A DNA stretch of 64,000 bases, from positions 441-64,440 of IMG/VR virus record IMGVR_UViG_3300043607_000009; one strand, written 5' to 3'. Each line of letters opens with the position of its first letter. Positions within the stretch are counted from its first letter, which is position 1. Positions 16,099 through 27,095 of the stretch are shown here, in pieces. The position numbers and the translations under genes were made by a program. Source of the stretch: a virus. The notes under the pieces were generated by a model. The model searched no databases, was not told the origin of the DNA, and saw nothing but the letters and a program-made list of their open reading frames with translations.

Positions 16099-19071
16099 TC
16101 ACTCCTCGTCATCTCCGGCAAGTGCGGCCGCTGCGGCGCCGGCAGCCGCACCCAACGCGGCGGCGCCAGCACGACGGCCCGTGCGGTACTTCATGAATCG
16201 TGCGTGAGTGCCCGCACGGCGTGCGAAGTTCGCAAGCTCCACGGGATCGTTGCGGCGGAGCACTTCGAGCACGCGCTCTGCTTCTTTGTCGCTCATCTTC
16301 GGCCGATCCGCGATCACGCGCAGCGCCCATGCAGTCGGGACGCCCAACGGCGACACGAGCGCACGCACGCCAGATGCCGCCTTGTTCAGCATCTTGGAGC
16401 CCTCGCCCTCGGCCGCACGTGCTTCTATGCCACGCTCGCCGCGGGAGATCGCCACTTTGCTGCGTTCGAAGAGCTCCGCTTCACGCTCGAGCGCGGCCTT
16501 GAACACGCGGAACTCCCCCTTCGAATCGAAGAACGGTTCCAGCCGTGCCACCGTGGCCGGCGAGCCAATGATCTTGCGCGCGGTGTTGGCGTCCGTGGAC
16601 GGTGCGGAGATGAGCTCGTGCAACCGTTGCGCCATGCCCGTGCGAAACGCATTGCGCTCGGCGAACGACATCGCCTTGGCTTGTGAGGCGAGTTCCTCAG
16701 GCTGGAATTGGTGGAACACGCGGCCTTCCTCGAGCGCGTCGCGCACTTCGAGATCTCCGGCGTATTGCTTGCGCGCCGCGCGGTACTCCTCCGGAGCCGC
16801 CGCATCCACCATCTCGACGTAGCGCTTGCGAGCTCGGCGCAGAGCTCGGCCATAGTCGGTAGGGCCGCCTTTCTCTTCGCCTTGAATCTGTTGATCCCAC
16901 CCACGCTTCACGAGATCCAAAAATTGGAGCGACGGACTTGAGACCAATCCGATCGCGTCGGCTTTGCCGATCGGTGTGTTTTCGAGCTTGAGAATGCTCA
17001 TCGCGTGAGCGATGGCCTTCTGGCCCTCGTCCGTCTCGAGGAGTTGCCGCATCTCCGGCGTCTCCTTGATCGCGGAGCCTTTCTCGTACGCAGCGTCGTA
17101 GAGCGGCTTCGCCTGCGTATAGAGGTTGTCGTTCAACTTGTCGAGATGTTCGAAGTAGCTGTAAGGCTTGAGGCCCTTGTTCACGCGCTCTTCGACGCGA
17201 TCACGTCCCGAGTCATGCCGCTTCTGCATCGACTCGAGCTGACGGATCGCTTCTGCCGGCGACGCCGCGAGCAACGCTTCTTGCGAGAGCGCGCGTGTGT
17301 GCGGGCCGCCCATGTCGCCGAGCTCGAGCGGAACACCAGCACGTTGCCCACGTTTCAGATCCGCGACGGCCGCGTTCGGGTCCACCATGTCGTTCTGAAG
17401 CGACCGGAGAACAGTGCGCTCGGACTTGCCCACGCCACTGCCAAGGCGCGCGGCCGCACGACTGCCGAGCTCCTCGGCGCCTACGCCTGCGGCCGCACCG
17501 AGCGTGCCTCCGGAGAGCATCGGTAGCAACTGCATGAGCTGCTCGAGCATGTTGCGCGACTGCGGCGCTTGTATGGCTGGCGCCTCTTCCTCCGGAGCGT
17601 CGGGCGTGACCACGGTGCCATCGCTGAGCACGACGCTGCCACCCGTCTGATAGTGCCGCTTGATGTGTCCGCCACGAGCGCGTTGCTGCGGAGCTCCTTG
17701 CTGTTGAATGAGTTGTTCGTACTCCGCCCGCTGCTCCGGCGAGAGTTGGTCCGGGGTCTTCGGCTTAGGACCGGCGTTGTTGCCTCCCTCGGGGAACAAC
17801 GGATGCGCCGTCGCCCACTTGCCAAGCTCGTCGTAGAAGAACTCGTCGAACGTGCCGTGCGCCTTCTTGTATTCGCGCGCGAGCGCGGCGACCTCCATGT
17901 CCCGCTGCGAGAGCTTGGCAGCGGTCTCGAGGATCATCTTGCGGCCCTCGGGCGTTTGACTGAGCCCCGGCGTCATCTGCGTCAAGAACTTGCGATCTGC
18001 ATCCGACATGGCTCCCGGCATACCGGAGCCGCCCGATGGGTTGCGGTTCTGCAAGGCGAGTGAGCTCGCGATCGTGAGCGCCGCCTGTTTCTTGTCGAGA
18101 TTGGGATCTACCTTGATCCCGAAGTAATCTAGCACGCTCGCGACATCGGTCATGATCGGCGTGAGCCGGCCCGTCTCGATCCCCTCGAGCAAGTCGCCCA
18201 TGCGATCGAGCTGTGTCAATCGTTCCTGCGCCGGCAGCACCTTGTCTTGTAGCTCTACGTATTGCTTACCGATGCCCGTGCCGATCGCCTCGGAACTCTT
18301 CTCGCCTTCCTTTGCGCCAAGCTCTTTGACGAGCGTGGAGAGCGGGATCTGTGCGCCTTCGACTTCTGCGCCTTCACTGTCGATGCCGACAAGCGTTGGC
18401 ACGCCGTTCACCGTGCGTACGGTGTACTGGCCTGCACGGCTCTTGGTGCCCATCTTCACGCGCACCGCGCGGTCAATCTCCTCCGGAGTCATGTGCCCAA
18501 GATCAGCGAGTTTCTTGAACGCTTCGTAGTCCGCAGGGCTTCGCGCCGTCGATCCGGACAAGAGCTTCGCGAGCAGATTCACGCGGCCCGTCTTGTTGAT
18601 CTTCTCGAGGCCGAGCTGCGCCGTCAGATAGTCTTTGTCGGCACCGGCCATTGCCGTATCGAGTTGCGAAAGCGAGTCGTCGCGGTTGCGATCGAACTCG
18701 CCCTTCTCGCCCGCGTACTTCGCGAGCGCCCCGGACATCTGGCCGAACGACTCGCCGATCTGCCCCGTGCGCGTCGGTGAGCCAAGCGCCGCGGATGCTG
18801 CGAGCAACGCCTGGCCGGGGTTGTAGCGCTCCGCCTGCAAGCGCTCCTTCGCCGTGCGCAGCGCCGCGCGGACTTGATCCGCCTGCGAGCGCATCTGGCC
18901 CATGATGGCCTTCTCGTTCTCGGACGGCTGCGAGAACTCGTTGAGAAGCTGTTGCGTAGGCGACGCCGTAGGCCCTGCCACTTCGTCGTCAGTAGTATCG
19001 TCGTCCGCGACGAGCTCCTCATCGTCGAGTCCCGCCAAACCCCCTTCTTGGAACTTACGCCGCACGCGCAT
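16099..19071 (-). CDS. DNA ejection / internal virion protein
   Basis: 990 aa, helical, Ala-rich; GAMSDADRKFL..MTPGL..TPEG segment typical of podovirus DNA-transfer proteins. Confidence 0.65.
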   Translation of the reverse strand: MRVRRKFQEGGLAGLDDEELVADDDTTDDEVAGPTASPTQQLLNEFSQPSENEKAIMGQMRSQADQVRAALRTAKERLQAERYNPGQALLAASAALGSPTRTGQIGESFGQMSGALAKYAGEKGEFDRNRDDSLSQLDTAMAGADKDYLTAQLGLEKINKTGRVNLLAKLLSGSTARSPADYEAFKKLADLGHMTPEEIDRAVRVKMGTKSRAGQYTVRTVNGVPTLVGIDSEGAEVEGAQIPLSTLVKELGAKEGEKSSEAIGTGIGKQYVELQDKVLPAQERLTQLDRMGDLLEGIETGRLTPIMTDVASVLDYFGIKVDPNLDKKQAALTIASSLALQNRNPSGGSGMPGAMSDADRKFLTQMTPGLSQTPEGRKMILETAAKLSQRDMEVAALAREYKKAHGTFDEFFYDELGKWATAHPLFPEGGNNAGPKPKTPDQLSPEQRAEYEQLIQQQGAPQQRARGGHIKRHYQTGGSVVLSDGTVVTPDAPEEEAPAIQAPQSRNMLEQLMQLLPMLSGGTLGAAAGVGAEELGSRAAARLGSGVGKSERTVLRSLQNDMVDPNAAVADLKRGQRAGVPLELGDMGGPHTRALSQEALLAASPAEAIRQLESMQKRHDSGRDRVEERVNKGLKPYSYFEHLDKLNDNLYTQAKPLYDAAYEKGSAIKETPEMRQLLETDEGQKAIAHAMSILKLENTPIGKADAIGLVSSPSLQFLDLVKRGWDQQIQGEEKGGPTDYGRALRRARKRYVEMVDAAAPEEYRAARKQYAGDLEVRDALEEGRVFHQFQPEELASQAKAMSFAERNAFRTGMAQRLHELISAPSTDANTARKIIGSPATVARLEPFFDSKGEFRVFKAALEREAELFERSKVAISRGERGIEARAAEGEGSKMLNKAASGVRALVSPLGVPTAWALRVIADRPKMSDKEAERVLEVLRRNDPVELANFARRAGTHARFMKYRTGRRAGAAALGAAAGAAAAALAGDDEE

Positions 19072-20071
19072 ACGCCAACCTCAGTGGGCCACCACCCGCG
19101 TAGTGGATACGGCCGCCTCGCTTCAAATACCCGTACCCCGGATTCCCTCCGGCAGTCGCATTGCTGCCGGTCTTCTTGCCACCGCCGAACAAGTTCACGA
19201 GGCCGGCGATCCCCGTCGCGAGCGAACCGGCTTGCGCGAGCGGCGACGGCCCCGACACCGTGCTCGGCCCCGTTTGAGAGGTCGTCGTCGTGCGATCGGT
19301 CTGAAGCCCCTGCAACAATTGCGCGAGCGCTCCGGCTTGTTGCATCGGGTAGTCGCGCTGTTGCGTGAAGTCTTGGTACGCGAGATCCGCCGAGCGCTGG
19401 TTCTGGTTTTGCTGCGTGGCGCCGATGTTCTCGAGTGCGGCTGCACCCGTGAGCCCCATCTGTTGCTGGATCTGCGCCAACGGGCCTTGCATGCCGGCGA
19501 GCTGCACGTTGCGCGACGCATCGTTGTTGAAGATGTTCGCCGCGTTGTTGTAGCCGGTGTCGAGAGCGGCCAAATTCTGCGCGTTCAAGCCTTCGGTGAG
19601 ATCTCGCACGCCACGATCGACTTCGCCCCGGTAGGCAGACGAGCGCGTATCGTGGCCCATCGCACCAAACTTCGACTCGACGGCCGGCATGAGCTTCTCG
19701 CGAAGCGCACGCTCGGTGAGCTGCGCGTTGCGATCGGTGACGTTCTGGGTGTATGGACTCATGTACTCCGACGCTGCACCGGGGAACGTCTTGCCCGCCT
19801 GCGCGAGATACGGGGCGGCCATCGCCGTCGGACTCGGAGCGTTGGCGACTTGATCGCGCACTTGGCCGAAGGCGCCCACTTGATCTGGCGTGAGGCCGGC
19901 GATCCTCGGTCCGGTGTACGGCTGGTACGGCTGCATGCCCGCCGCCATTCCTCCGGAGAGCAATTGCTGCACGTAGTCGGAGAGATATTGCGGCAGTCCT
20001 TGGACCGTCGATCCTGTCGTCGTCGATGCCGGAGGTTGGGTGCCCTCGAGCAAGAAATCCATAACGCCCAT
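19055..20071 (-). CDS. DNA ejection protein (Gln/Ala/Gly-rich)
   Basis: TTTGSTVQGLPQY..PYQPYTGPRIAGLTP N-terminus; position after tail genes. Confidence 0.6.
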   Translation of the reverse strand: MGVMDFLLEGTQPPASTTTGSTVQGLPQYLSDYVQQLLSGGMAAGMQPYQPYTGPRIAGLTPDQVGAFGQVRDQVANAPSPTAMAAPYLAQAGKTFPGAASEYMSPYTQNVTDRNAQLTERALREKLMPAVESKFGAMGHDTRSSAYRGEVDRGVRDLTEGLNAQNLAALDTGYNNAANIFNNDASRNVQLAGMQGPLAQIQQQMGLTGAAALENIGATQQNQNQRSADLAYQDFTQQRDYPMQQAGALAQLLQGLQTDRTTTTSQTGPSTVSGPSPLAQAGSLATGIAGLVNLFGGGKKTGSNATAGGNPGYGYLKRGGRIHYAGGGPLRLAYARAA

Positions 20072-22078
20072 TTATTCTCTCTCTAAGAGTTTCAAAGCCT
20101 CTGGATCTCGAAGCAACGGCTTCTTGTTGCGTTGCGCTGATTCGTAGCTTCGTAGCACGTCGGACTGCGGCTTGAGCTTGCGGAGCTCTTCGATGATCGA
20201 CCGCACGCCCTCCGGATCGCCCGCGCGTTGTTTGAAGAAGTCGTCCACGAGCGACGGGATCTTACCGCCCTTGGCGAAGCCTTCGCGAAGAAATTGCGCG
20301 CTTCCCGGTGCCGTCGTATTGAGCTGTTGCTCGAGCTCCGTCACACGAGCCCCACTATTGAGTACCGTCTCGAGTTCGCCTGCGAACTTCGTGAGCGATT
20401 CGACGGCACCGCCTCTCGACTTGACCACCGTGAGCTTCGGCGCACCGTCCGGCTTCTTCATTGCGTCACGGAAACGTTGCACCGCGGCGAGTCGAGCCCG
20501 CTTCTCGACGTCGGTGAGCGGCGAACGAAGACCGCCTTCGCCCGTGACGATGCGTTCGACCCAATCGCCACGGATGCGCCCCCCCTTGGCTTTGTGGATC
20601 GGCTCGCCCACGAGTTCGTCGATCTGTTGCTTCGCTTCCTCGAGCGTGCGCGGCGAAGAGATGTGCGAGCCGTCCTTCGAAATGTAGAACTGCCCGTTCG
20701 GCCCCTGCATCGGCGCGTGCTTGATGAGGTAGCCGCGGTACGCCTGGCTCAAGTCGCCGCTCGGTGGCTTCACCTTACCGCCCTTCGCTTTGCGGAGATA
20801 TTCCTCGGGGCGCTTTGCGTCGGCCGAGAACTTCCCTTTCGCGAGTTGTTGGCCCTTGTGCTTGCGGATGTTCGAACGGAGCTCGTCGAGGCGGCGTGCG
20901 CCTTCCTCCGGAGAGCCATCGCCGAGGAGTGCGACGGTCTCGGCGTCCATCACGTATTCGTCGTTCGAGAGCTTCGCGTCGATGTCGTCCGATCGACCCG
21001 AGCCTATGCCCTTGATGTAGTGTCCCCCGCGGCGCATCGGCGGCAGCGCGTTGTCGCTGAAGAATTGGTGCTCGCCGCCGTTCTGCCCGTACGTGAAGTA
21101 GTCCTCCGGTGACGGGAGCCCCGTCACGGTCCTATTGAGCGGCAGGCGCCGTAGCGGCGGCGACGCGAGAGCGGTAGGCCCTTGCGTCGGCCGCTCGCCG
21201 TGCGAGCCTCCTAGAAGAGCCAAGGCACCCGCCCCGGCGCCGGCAATGCGCCCCCACGCCGGAGCTCCGGTGTCCGGGTTGGTGAAGATGTTCTTGATCC
21301 CACCCCACAGCCCTCCGCCACCGCCGCCTCCACTGCCGCTCGGTGGGCCTCCGCCGCCCCCAGGGATGAACCCGCCGATGTCGCTCGCAGTGCTCAGCAC
21401 GTTTTGCGCGTCGCTGCCTTCGGGCATGAGTTGCGAAAGCGCCCCCGCACCTTTGGCACCCAACGACAACGTGTTCATGAGACTGCTCCCGCCCCCGCCT
21501 CCTCCACCTCCGATGATGCTGCTCAGCCAACCGGGCGTGGACGCTGCGGCCGCGGTAGGAGCTGCCGCTGCGGCAGGAATGCTTCCGGAGACGCTCCCAA
21601 GACTCTGCCATCCTTGCCCAAGGAGATTCCCAACTCCGGTGCCGCCACTGGTGGCGCCGCCGCCTACAGCACTCAACCCGCCACCGCCGCCGCCCGCACC
21701 CGCGCCGAACGCTCCCATCGCGCCGGCTATGGCAAGAGGCGCGAGCAAGATCGCGGGGTGCTCCGCGGTGTAGTTGCCGATGCGACTGATATGTTCCGTG
21801 ATCCACGGCGAAGAGTGCGCCGTCTCGGCGTTCCGTTCATTCATGAACGCGGTCCAATCTTCAGCCGGAATTCCATTCTCGACGGCAAGATCTTGTGCGA
21901 GCTGTGATTGGCCCCCGAAGTTCAAGTTGCTCAAAAAGTCGCCAAGCGGATCGCCCGCTTGTGGGACGCCTTGTGGGAACAAAGACTGACCCATCATGTT
22001 GGCGTTCTGTTCTTGCGCCGCAAGACGATCGGCGAGATCTTGCGAGACCGCGTAGTTGTTGTAGTTACTCGGCATCAC
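20072..22078 (-). CDS. Gly-rich internal virion protein
   Basis: GG..IKGIGSGRSDDIDAKLSNDEYV..A..V..LG domain, resembling tape-measure/ejection C-termini; five xxxGG motifs. Confidence 0.6.
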   Translation of the reverse strand: MMPSNYNNYAVSQDLADRLAAQEQNANMMGQSLFPQGVPQAGDPLGDFLSNLNFGGQSQLAQDLAVENGIPAEDWTAFMNERNAETAHSSPWITEHISRIGNYTAEHPAILLAPLAIAGAMGAFGAGAGGGGGGLSAVGGGATSGGTGVGNLLGQGWQSLGSVSGSIPAAAAAPTAAAASTPGWLSSIIGGGGGGGGSSLMNTLSLGAKGAGALSQLMPEGSDAQNVLSTASDIGGFIPGGGGGPPSGSGGGGGGGLWGGIKNIFTNPDTGAPAWGRIAGAGAGALALLGGSHGERPTQGPTALASPPLRRLPLNRTVTGLPSPEDYFTYGQNGGEHQFFSDNALPPMRRGGHYIKGIGSGRSDDIDAKLSNDEYVMDAETVALLGDGSPEEGARRLDELRSNIRKHKGQQLAKGKFSADAKRPEEYLRKAKGGKVKPPSGDLSQAYRGYLIKHAPMQGPNGQFYISKDGSHISSPRTLEEAKQQIDELVGEPIHKAKGGRIRGDWVERIVTGEGGLRSPLTDVEKRARLAAVQRFRDAMKKPDGAPKLTVVKSRGGAVESLTKFAGELETVLNSGARVTELEQQLNTTAPGSAQFLREGFAKGGKIPSLVDDFFKQRAGDPEGVRSIIEELRKLKPQSDVLRSYESAQRNKKPLLRDPEALKLLERE

Positions 22079-22305
22079 TTCACCATCGACATGACTTGGT
22101 TGAACCGATCAGCCCACACGCGCCAATCGGCGAACTGATACGGATCAGGAACCTCCGGCTGCGCGCGCCGTGCGTTCGCCGCCCAATCGCGCCAAAGGTC
22201 GATGTCTAGCAGCGTGAACGGAGGAATGAGCTCCGCCATGATCTGCGTAGTACGATCGAACCACTCGAGGCCGTCCATCTCTTCCGGAGCGATCGTCGTT
22301 GTCAC
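22075..22305 (-). CDS. small Trp-rich tail-associated protein
   Basis: WRDWA...PDPYQFADWRVWA; coupled to tail hub gene. Confidence 0.55.
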   Translation of the reverse strand: MTTTIAPEEMDGLEWFDRTTQIMAELIPPFTLLDIDLWRDWAANARRAQPEVPDPYQFADWRVWADRFNQVMSMVK

Positions 22306-23819
22306 TGCGTCACTCTCGAGTCGGTGGGCTCAACATGTCCAAACGTCTCACCCATCTGGAAGTTCCCATCTAGTTCGTTAGTAGAGAATTTGAAGCTCAT
22401 GAGCCGACGATTCTCTTTGAGGGGCACCGTTTGTTGACCGGCATTAGCTGCGGTCTCTGGAATCGTAAAGACCTCGCTGTCGTAGACCGTAGAGCGTGAG
22501 TTCGCACGGCCCCGCACGGTGAGTTGTAAGTTTCCCGCTTGTACGAAATCCGGCTCCATGCGCTCGATCCGAAGTTGCTTGTTCTCCGCGCTCTCATCCG
22601 AACCAACCACCGAGAACTCGTGCGTCTCGAAGTGCGCCGGGATCGGCTGAGTGCTCGCCAACCGGACGCGATTGTAGCCGGTCTCGTGTTGCCACAGATC
22701 GAAACCGTCCGGCCCCTCATCGACGCCCGTCATGAACGGCTTGTTGTAGACCTTCGCGTAGATCCCGTCGGTGCGGCCGCCGTCCGGAAGCACGGTGTCG
22801 TACCACGAGTTCTCGCGAACGTTGTAGACGACGGCATGTGTGCACTCGGTGGCGTCGCCGAATGGGAAGCACCACCAAATCTCGCCGTACCGCGGCACCT
22901 TGTAGGCGTAAACCTTCTGTCGCTGTTGGAAGTTGAGGTTGTCGAAGAAGTAGTTGACGTTGAGGTTGTTCGCGATCTCTCGCACGACACCGTTGTACAT
23001 CAAGAACCGATCGACACCGGGCCAGTAGAAGATCCCGTCGTACTCGACCACTCCTCGACTCGAGAGAATCGAAGTGTCGTCAGTGATGGTGTCAAAGTCC
23101 CACAAAGGGAAGTCACCCCCATCCACTCCCTGGAACGTCATCTGCAAGAGCGAATCTAGCGACCACAGAAGCGCTGAAGGTACGCCACTGCCCCTAATTC
23201 TTTTACCGACGATAATTTTCTGTTGCGTGAAGTTGCCCCCCGCCTCGGGGGGGATTACGGCGTTCTCTTTGCCCCATCCGACGAAGCCTCCGTTGCCGAA
23301 GGATACGAGGTAGTTGCCGACGACGATGACTCCACCACTGACTTGATCCCGCCCCGTATCCGCGAGGATACCGCCCCCGGTGATGTCTCCGTACCAGATA
23401 TTGGCGTTCGTTTGATTCGATATATCCACGTTCTCGGCCGCGTGAGCAACCAGAACGGTAGAGCTCGTCGCTGTATTCCAGATTGCATCGAACTGCCAGA
23501 TGTTAGCGGCGCTCGCGACGAGCCCCGCGGGAGTACGATCGTTGTCCGCCGTGACGGCGCCCATCGAGTTGAGAACGCGCTGTGCAAGCTGCGATGCGCT
23601 GCCAAGATGAAAGTATTGTTGCGCGTTCGCCGAGAACGAGTGGATTCCGTACACGAGCTCCGGAAGGTCTCTAGCTACGGAGAGGTAGCCGCCCATCTTG
23701 CGCGGTAGCCCGCGTTGGAAGCGCGTCCACTGCGCATCGACGTAGTAGTCCCCCTCGAGCCGCGTGCCGTCACGCTTCACGCCGGGGAGCGAGCGGATCT
23801 TGATGGGCTTCGCTGCCAT
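22302..23819 (-). CDS. tail hub / nozzle protein (P22 gp10 / tubular protein B-like)
   Basis: 505 aa beta-rich; PGVKRDGT..YVDAQWTRF; WWCFP...YN..ENSWY repeats; position. Confidence 0.7.
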   Translation of the reverse strand: MAAKPIKIRSLPGVKRDGTRLEGDYYVDAQWTRFQRGLPRKMGGYLSVARDLPELVYGIHSFSANAQQYFHLGSASQLAQRVLNSMGAVTADNDRTPAGLVASAANIWQFDAIWNTATSSTVLVAHAAENVDISNQTNANIWYGDITGGGILADTGRDQVSGGVIVVGNYLVSFGNGGFVGWGKENAVIPPEAGGNFTQQKIIVGKRIRGSGVPSALLWSLDSLLQMTFQGVDGGDFPLWDFDTITDDTSILSSRGVVEYDGIFYWPGVDRFLMYNGVVREIANNLNVNYFFDNLNFQQRQKVYAYKVPRYGEIWWCFPFGDATECTHAVVYNVRENSWYDTVLPDGGRTDGIYAKVYNKPFMTGVDEGPDGFDLWQHETGYNRVRLASTQPIPAHFETHEFSVVGSDESAENKQLRIERMEPDFVQAGNLQLTVRGRANSRSTVYDSEVFTIPETAANAGQQTVPLKENRRLMSFKFSTNELDGNFQMGETFGHVEPTDSRVTQ

Positions 23820-26027
23820 TTAGTTCGTCGCCGCAACGAAGGAAAACGCTTGGTCACTCGCCGTGCCGGCGCCCGCATCGGTGATGCCGATGAAGAATTG
23901 GTTGCCGTCGTTAGCCGAAGTCGAGTAGCCCGTTCGATTGCCGGCCGAAGCGAATACCGACATGCCAATCGACAAGCGCGTCCCGTCCGCAAGCCCAAGG
24001 TTGTGTGTGACCGTGTACGCCCCGGTGCCCGTGCGTGCAGCCGACCATCCTGCGTGCGAGAAGCGATTCCCCGTCGTGCCGTCTGCACCGACGTAGCCGC
24101 GATAGAGGATGTTGGAGACGACCGTCGGCGGTGCGTCGGTGACGAGCAACCACAGTTGCGAGAGCACCTTGATCACGTAGCCGCTGTAACCCGGTGGGAT
24201 GACGATGAAGTCGCCCGTACCCGTGGCATTACCGTGTCCGGTTATATTGTCCGGCCCCCCGATCGCGATCGTCAGAGCTCCGGAGGCACTCGGGTTGCAG
24301 AAGCCGATGTACGTACCGATCTCGAACGCCGTCGTGCCGTTTGCCGGAATCGTCAGGCGATGCGGCGTCACGCTGTCGTGGTACGCGATGCGCCAGCTAT
24401 CGCCAAGAACGAGCGTGTAATCTGCGGAGAACTGCACGTTGCCGGTGAACTGCGGCGTGAGCCAATTGGGGTTGTTGACGCCTCCGCCGTTGTTCGCCAA
24501 GAACTTCAAACCCGACGCGCTGTTCTTCGGAAGTCGTGACCACAGATTCGCCGCGGAGCCGTAGAGGAGATCTCCTTGCGCGACTGCACTCTGATCAGTG
24601 CCACCGTTGACGGCGCCAAGCACGCCCGTCACGGCTGCCGACATCGCGAGGTTCACGGCGCCGAACGCAAGTGCGTTGCCGGCGTCGTTGATGCGTAGCA
24701 CTTGGCTTGCAGCCCCCACGATGGAAGCCACGTTGGCAACGGCGGCTCCGGCCACACCGAGCACGGAGAGCGCGGAGCCTTGTGCGAGGTTCGCGTACGG
24801 CAAGCGCCCGGTCACACCATTCGTGAGATCGACTTGCGCCCACGCAGGATTGTTGCTCGCGCCCGTATTGGAGATGTAGCGCGTCGCGTTGGTGTCCTTC
24901 GCAAGGATCGAGTAGACGTTCGCGGCGGAGCCGTACGGGATGCCCCCTTGCGCCACAGCCGTAAGCCCCAAGCCACCAAGCGGCACGGGGATGACGCCGG
25001 TCGTCGGATCTCCTTCCCACGCTACGACGTTGGTGCCGTCGCACGAGAGGATCAGCGCGTAGCCTTGTGGCACGACGACGCCCGTGCCGGCGAGCGTCTT
25101 CACCGTGAGAGCGAACGCGCCGTTCGTCTGGTTGTTGCACCAATACTCTTGCACGCTCGCCGGTACGACGACGTTGCGGGCTCCGCTGAGCGCCCCGGTG
25201 AAGCGATACGACTTCCGATCGAGCTCGGTGCCGGCGAGCACGTAGTTGCCGGTGCCGGCGACGTTGATCGACGTGTAGTCGAACTCGCCCGTGGTGCCAC
25301 TGACGAAGCCGATCGTGTAGTAGTTGGTGCCGTCCGTGATGATGATCGACGAGTCACCGGGGGCATAGACAAGCGACGCGGCGCCGTTGATCAGCCCCGC
25401 GGCCGGCGTAAGCGTGAGATTGCCGGTGCCGCCGTTGCGTACGTAGGTGAACCAATCGGAGCCTACCGTCGCAGGGTTCGGAAGTGACCATGCTCCGACG
25501 CCACCCGTGAAGACGAACGCTTCGGCACGATCAGCATTCAAGATCGCAAGCGGCGTCGTGGGCGTGACGGTCGGTGCGATCTTGACGTTCAACGTGGTCG
25601 TGATCGCCTTCAGACCCGCGCCTGCGAGCGCGGCCGCAACCGCAGACGACGAACCGGCGCCGAACTCGAACGTGCGCCACGTGCCGCCTTGCGTCGTGTT
25701 GTCTTGCAAGTAGAACTGCCAGATTTCGCCCGACGCGACCGAACCGATGTTGTTGCCCTCGTTGTCGAGGATCGAGACGGTCTGTGCGCCGACGTTGTTG
25801 ATCAGTGTCGATTGTCCGTTGCTCGCGTTGCGTGCGTCGGGCATCGTAATCGAGAGCCCCGCCGTCGCCGTGACTTCGATGATGTCGGCGAACACGTCCG
25901 CGTCCGGGAGCGCTTGTTCTACCGGCCATTGGAGCCCCACATTCTCGGCGATGTCGAGAATCAGTAGCGTGAGCTGCGCGGGGAAGATGTTCTGCCCGCC
26001 GAATACGTCGCTGTAGCTCCCCGTCAC
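23820..26027 (-). CDS. tail fibre / spike-like structural protein
   Basis: 735 aa G/A/T/V-rich with repeated QGxLxYGSAAN segments. Confidence 0.65.
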   Translation of the reverse strand: MTGSYSDVFGGQNIFPAQLTLLILDIAENVGLQWPVEQALPDADVFADIIEVTATAGLSITMPDARNASNGQSTLINNVGAQTVSILDNEGNNIGSVASGEIWQFYLQDNTTQGGTWRTFEFGAGSSSAVAAALAGAGLKAITTTLNVKIAPTVTPTTPLAILNADRAEAFVFTGGVGAWSLPNPATVGSDWFTYVRNGGTGNLTLTPAAGLINGAASLVYAPGDSSIIITDGTNYYTIGFVSGTTGEFDYTSINVAGTGNYVLAGTELDRKSYRFTGALSGARNVVVPASVQEYWCNNQTNGAFALTVKTLAGTGVVVPQGYALILSCDGTNVVAWEGDPTTGVIPVPLGGLGLTAVAQGGIPYGSAANVYSILAKDTNATRYISNTGASNNPAWAQVDLTNGVTGRLPYANLAQGSALSVLGVAGAAVANVASIVGAASQVLRINDAGNALAFGAVNLAMSAAVTGVLGAVNGGTDQSAVAQGDLLYGSAANLWSRLPKNSASGLKFLANNGGGVNNPNWLTPQFTGNVQFSADYTLVLGDSWRIAYHDSVTPHRLTIPANGTTAFEIGTYIGFCNPSASGALTIAIGGPDNITGHGNATGTGDFIVIPPGYSGYVIKVLSQLWLLVTDAPPTVVSNILYRGYVGADGTTGNRFSHAGWSAARTGTGAYTVTHNLGLADGTRLSIGMSVFASAGNRTGYSTSANDGNQFFIGITDAGAGTASDQAFSFVAATN

Positions 26028-26029
26028 GC

Positions 26030-26683
26030 TTAGGTCTCCTTACGAGTGTCGGAATTGTCGATCTGCCCTTGCAAGTCCTGAGCTCCGAGCGACTTGAGCT
26101 GATCGCTGTACATCGTGACCCACCGCTGAAACTCAGCGTCGTCCTTTAAGAACGGCGCCGCTTGAATCAGCGCGCCATAGAGCAGCACTTGCGGCGCGTA
26201 GTCGGTCCAGAAGTTCTGTTGGTTCTCGTCGCTGAGCAACGGCAAGAGTTGCCAATACAAGACCTCGAACGAATAGCTTGCGACCGGCGTCGGTACGATG
26301 ATCCAGTGCTGGTAGTCGTAGTCTCCGTAGAAGAGTGGCACGTCGCGCTCGTCGCGGTTTGGCCAATACATGTTGCAGTATTCGTACGAACGCGGATAAA
26401 GCGGCGTGCGATTCTGAAGCGGTGGTGTGCCGACGCCGAAATTGAAAGAGCACGTCTCGCGCCAACGATCGGGCTTTGCGTAGACGGCCGTGCCGGCGAC
26501 CATCGCCGACGTGACGACGTTCTTGTTGCCCAAGATCTTGAGCTTGGTCGCGAGATCCCGCTCCGTGAGGTTGATCAAGCTCGGAAGCTGCTCGTAGACC
26601 TCCGTGTCTTCTACGGAGCCACGCTCGAGGTAACGGCGCATGTCCGTGAGCAGCGAATCGAACGTCATTGCAGTGGCGGGCAC
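26030..26683 (-). CDS. head-tail adaptor (P22 gp4 / tubular protein A-like)
   Basis: MTFDSL..YLER..LINLTE..IIVPTP..YWQ..LLYGAL..AAPFLK. Confidence 0.65.
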   Translation of the reverse strand: MPATAMTFDSLLTDMRRYLERGSVEDTEVYEQLPSLINLTERDLATKLKILGNKNVVTSAMVAGTAVYAKPDRWRETCSFNFGVGTPPLQNRTPLYPRSYEYCNMYWPNRDERDVPLFYGDYDYQHWIIVPTPVASYSFEVLYWQLLPLLSDENQQNFWTDYAPQVLLYGALIQAAPFLKDDAEFQRWVTMYSDQLKSLGAQDLQGQIDNSDTRKET

Positions 26684-26692
26684 GACTAGCTC

Positions 26693-27085
26693 CTACTGCT
26701 TCAGCGTCGTCGATCGAGCGCCAAAGGGATTCAGATCCGATACCGAATTCGCTGCGAACCCTATCAGCGTCGCCGACATGAAGTTGAGCGTGCCGCTGTG
26801 GACGAGCGAGAGGAACGCATAGCTGTTGATCGCGAGCGTGGTCAAGATCTCTTGGCCGTGCGAAAGATACGTTTTGATCGTCGTCTCCGAGCCCTCCATC
26901 TTCGCGACCCCCCACTGCTTCAGCCCCGAAATAATCGAGCCGAGCAGCATGAGCACGAAGAGTACGATCGGGTTGTCGAGCCAGCCTTTCATCTGTTCGT
27001 TCGTCTGCGCCACTGCGGGGACGGCAATCGCGAGTGCGTAGAGCACCAAACACACGAACAGGACCGAAACGAGTCGCTTCTGCAT
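26693..27085 (-). CDS. membrane protein, candidate holin
   Basis: GGGAGG SD, ATG 27085; N-terminal hydrophobic segment plus further TM-like stretches; adjacent to endolysin. Confidence 0.55.
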   Translation of the reverse strand: MQKRLVSVLFVCLVLYALAIAVPAVAQTNEQMKGWLDNPIVLFVLMLLGSIISGLKQWGVAKMEGSETTIKTYLSHGQEILTTLAINSYAFLSLVHSGTLNFMSATLIGFAANSVSDLNPFGARSTTLKQ

Positions 27086-27095
27086 GGCATCCTCC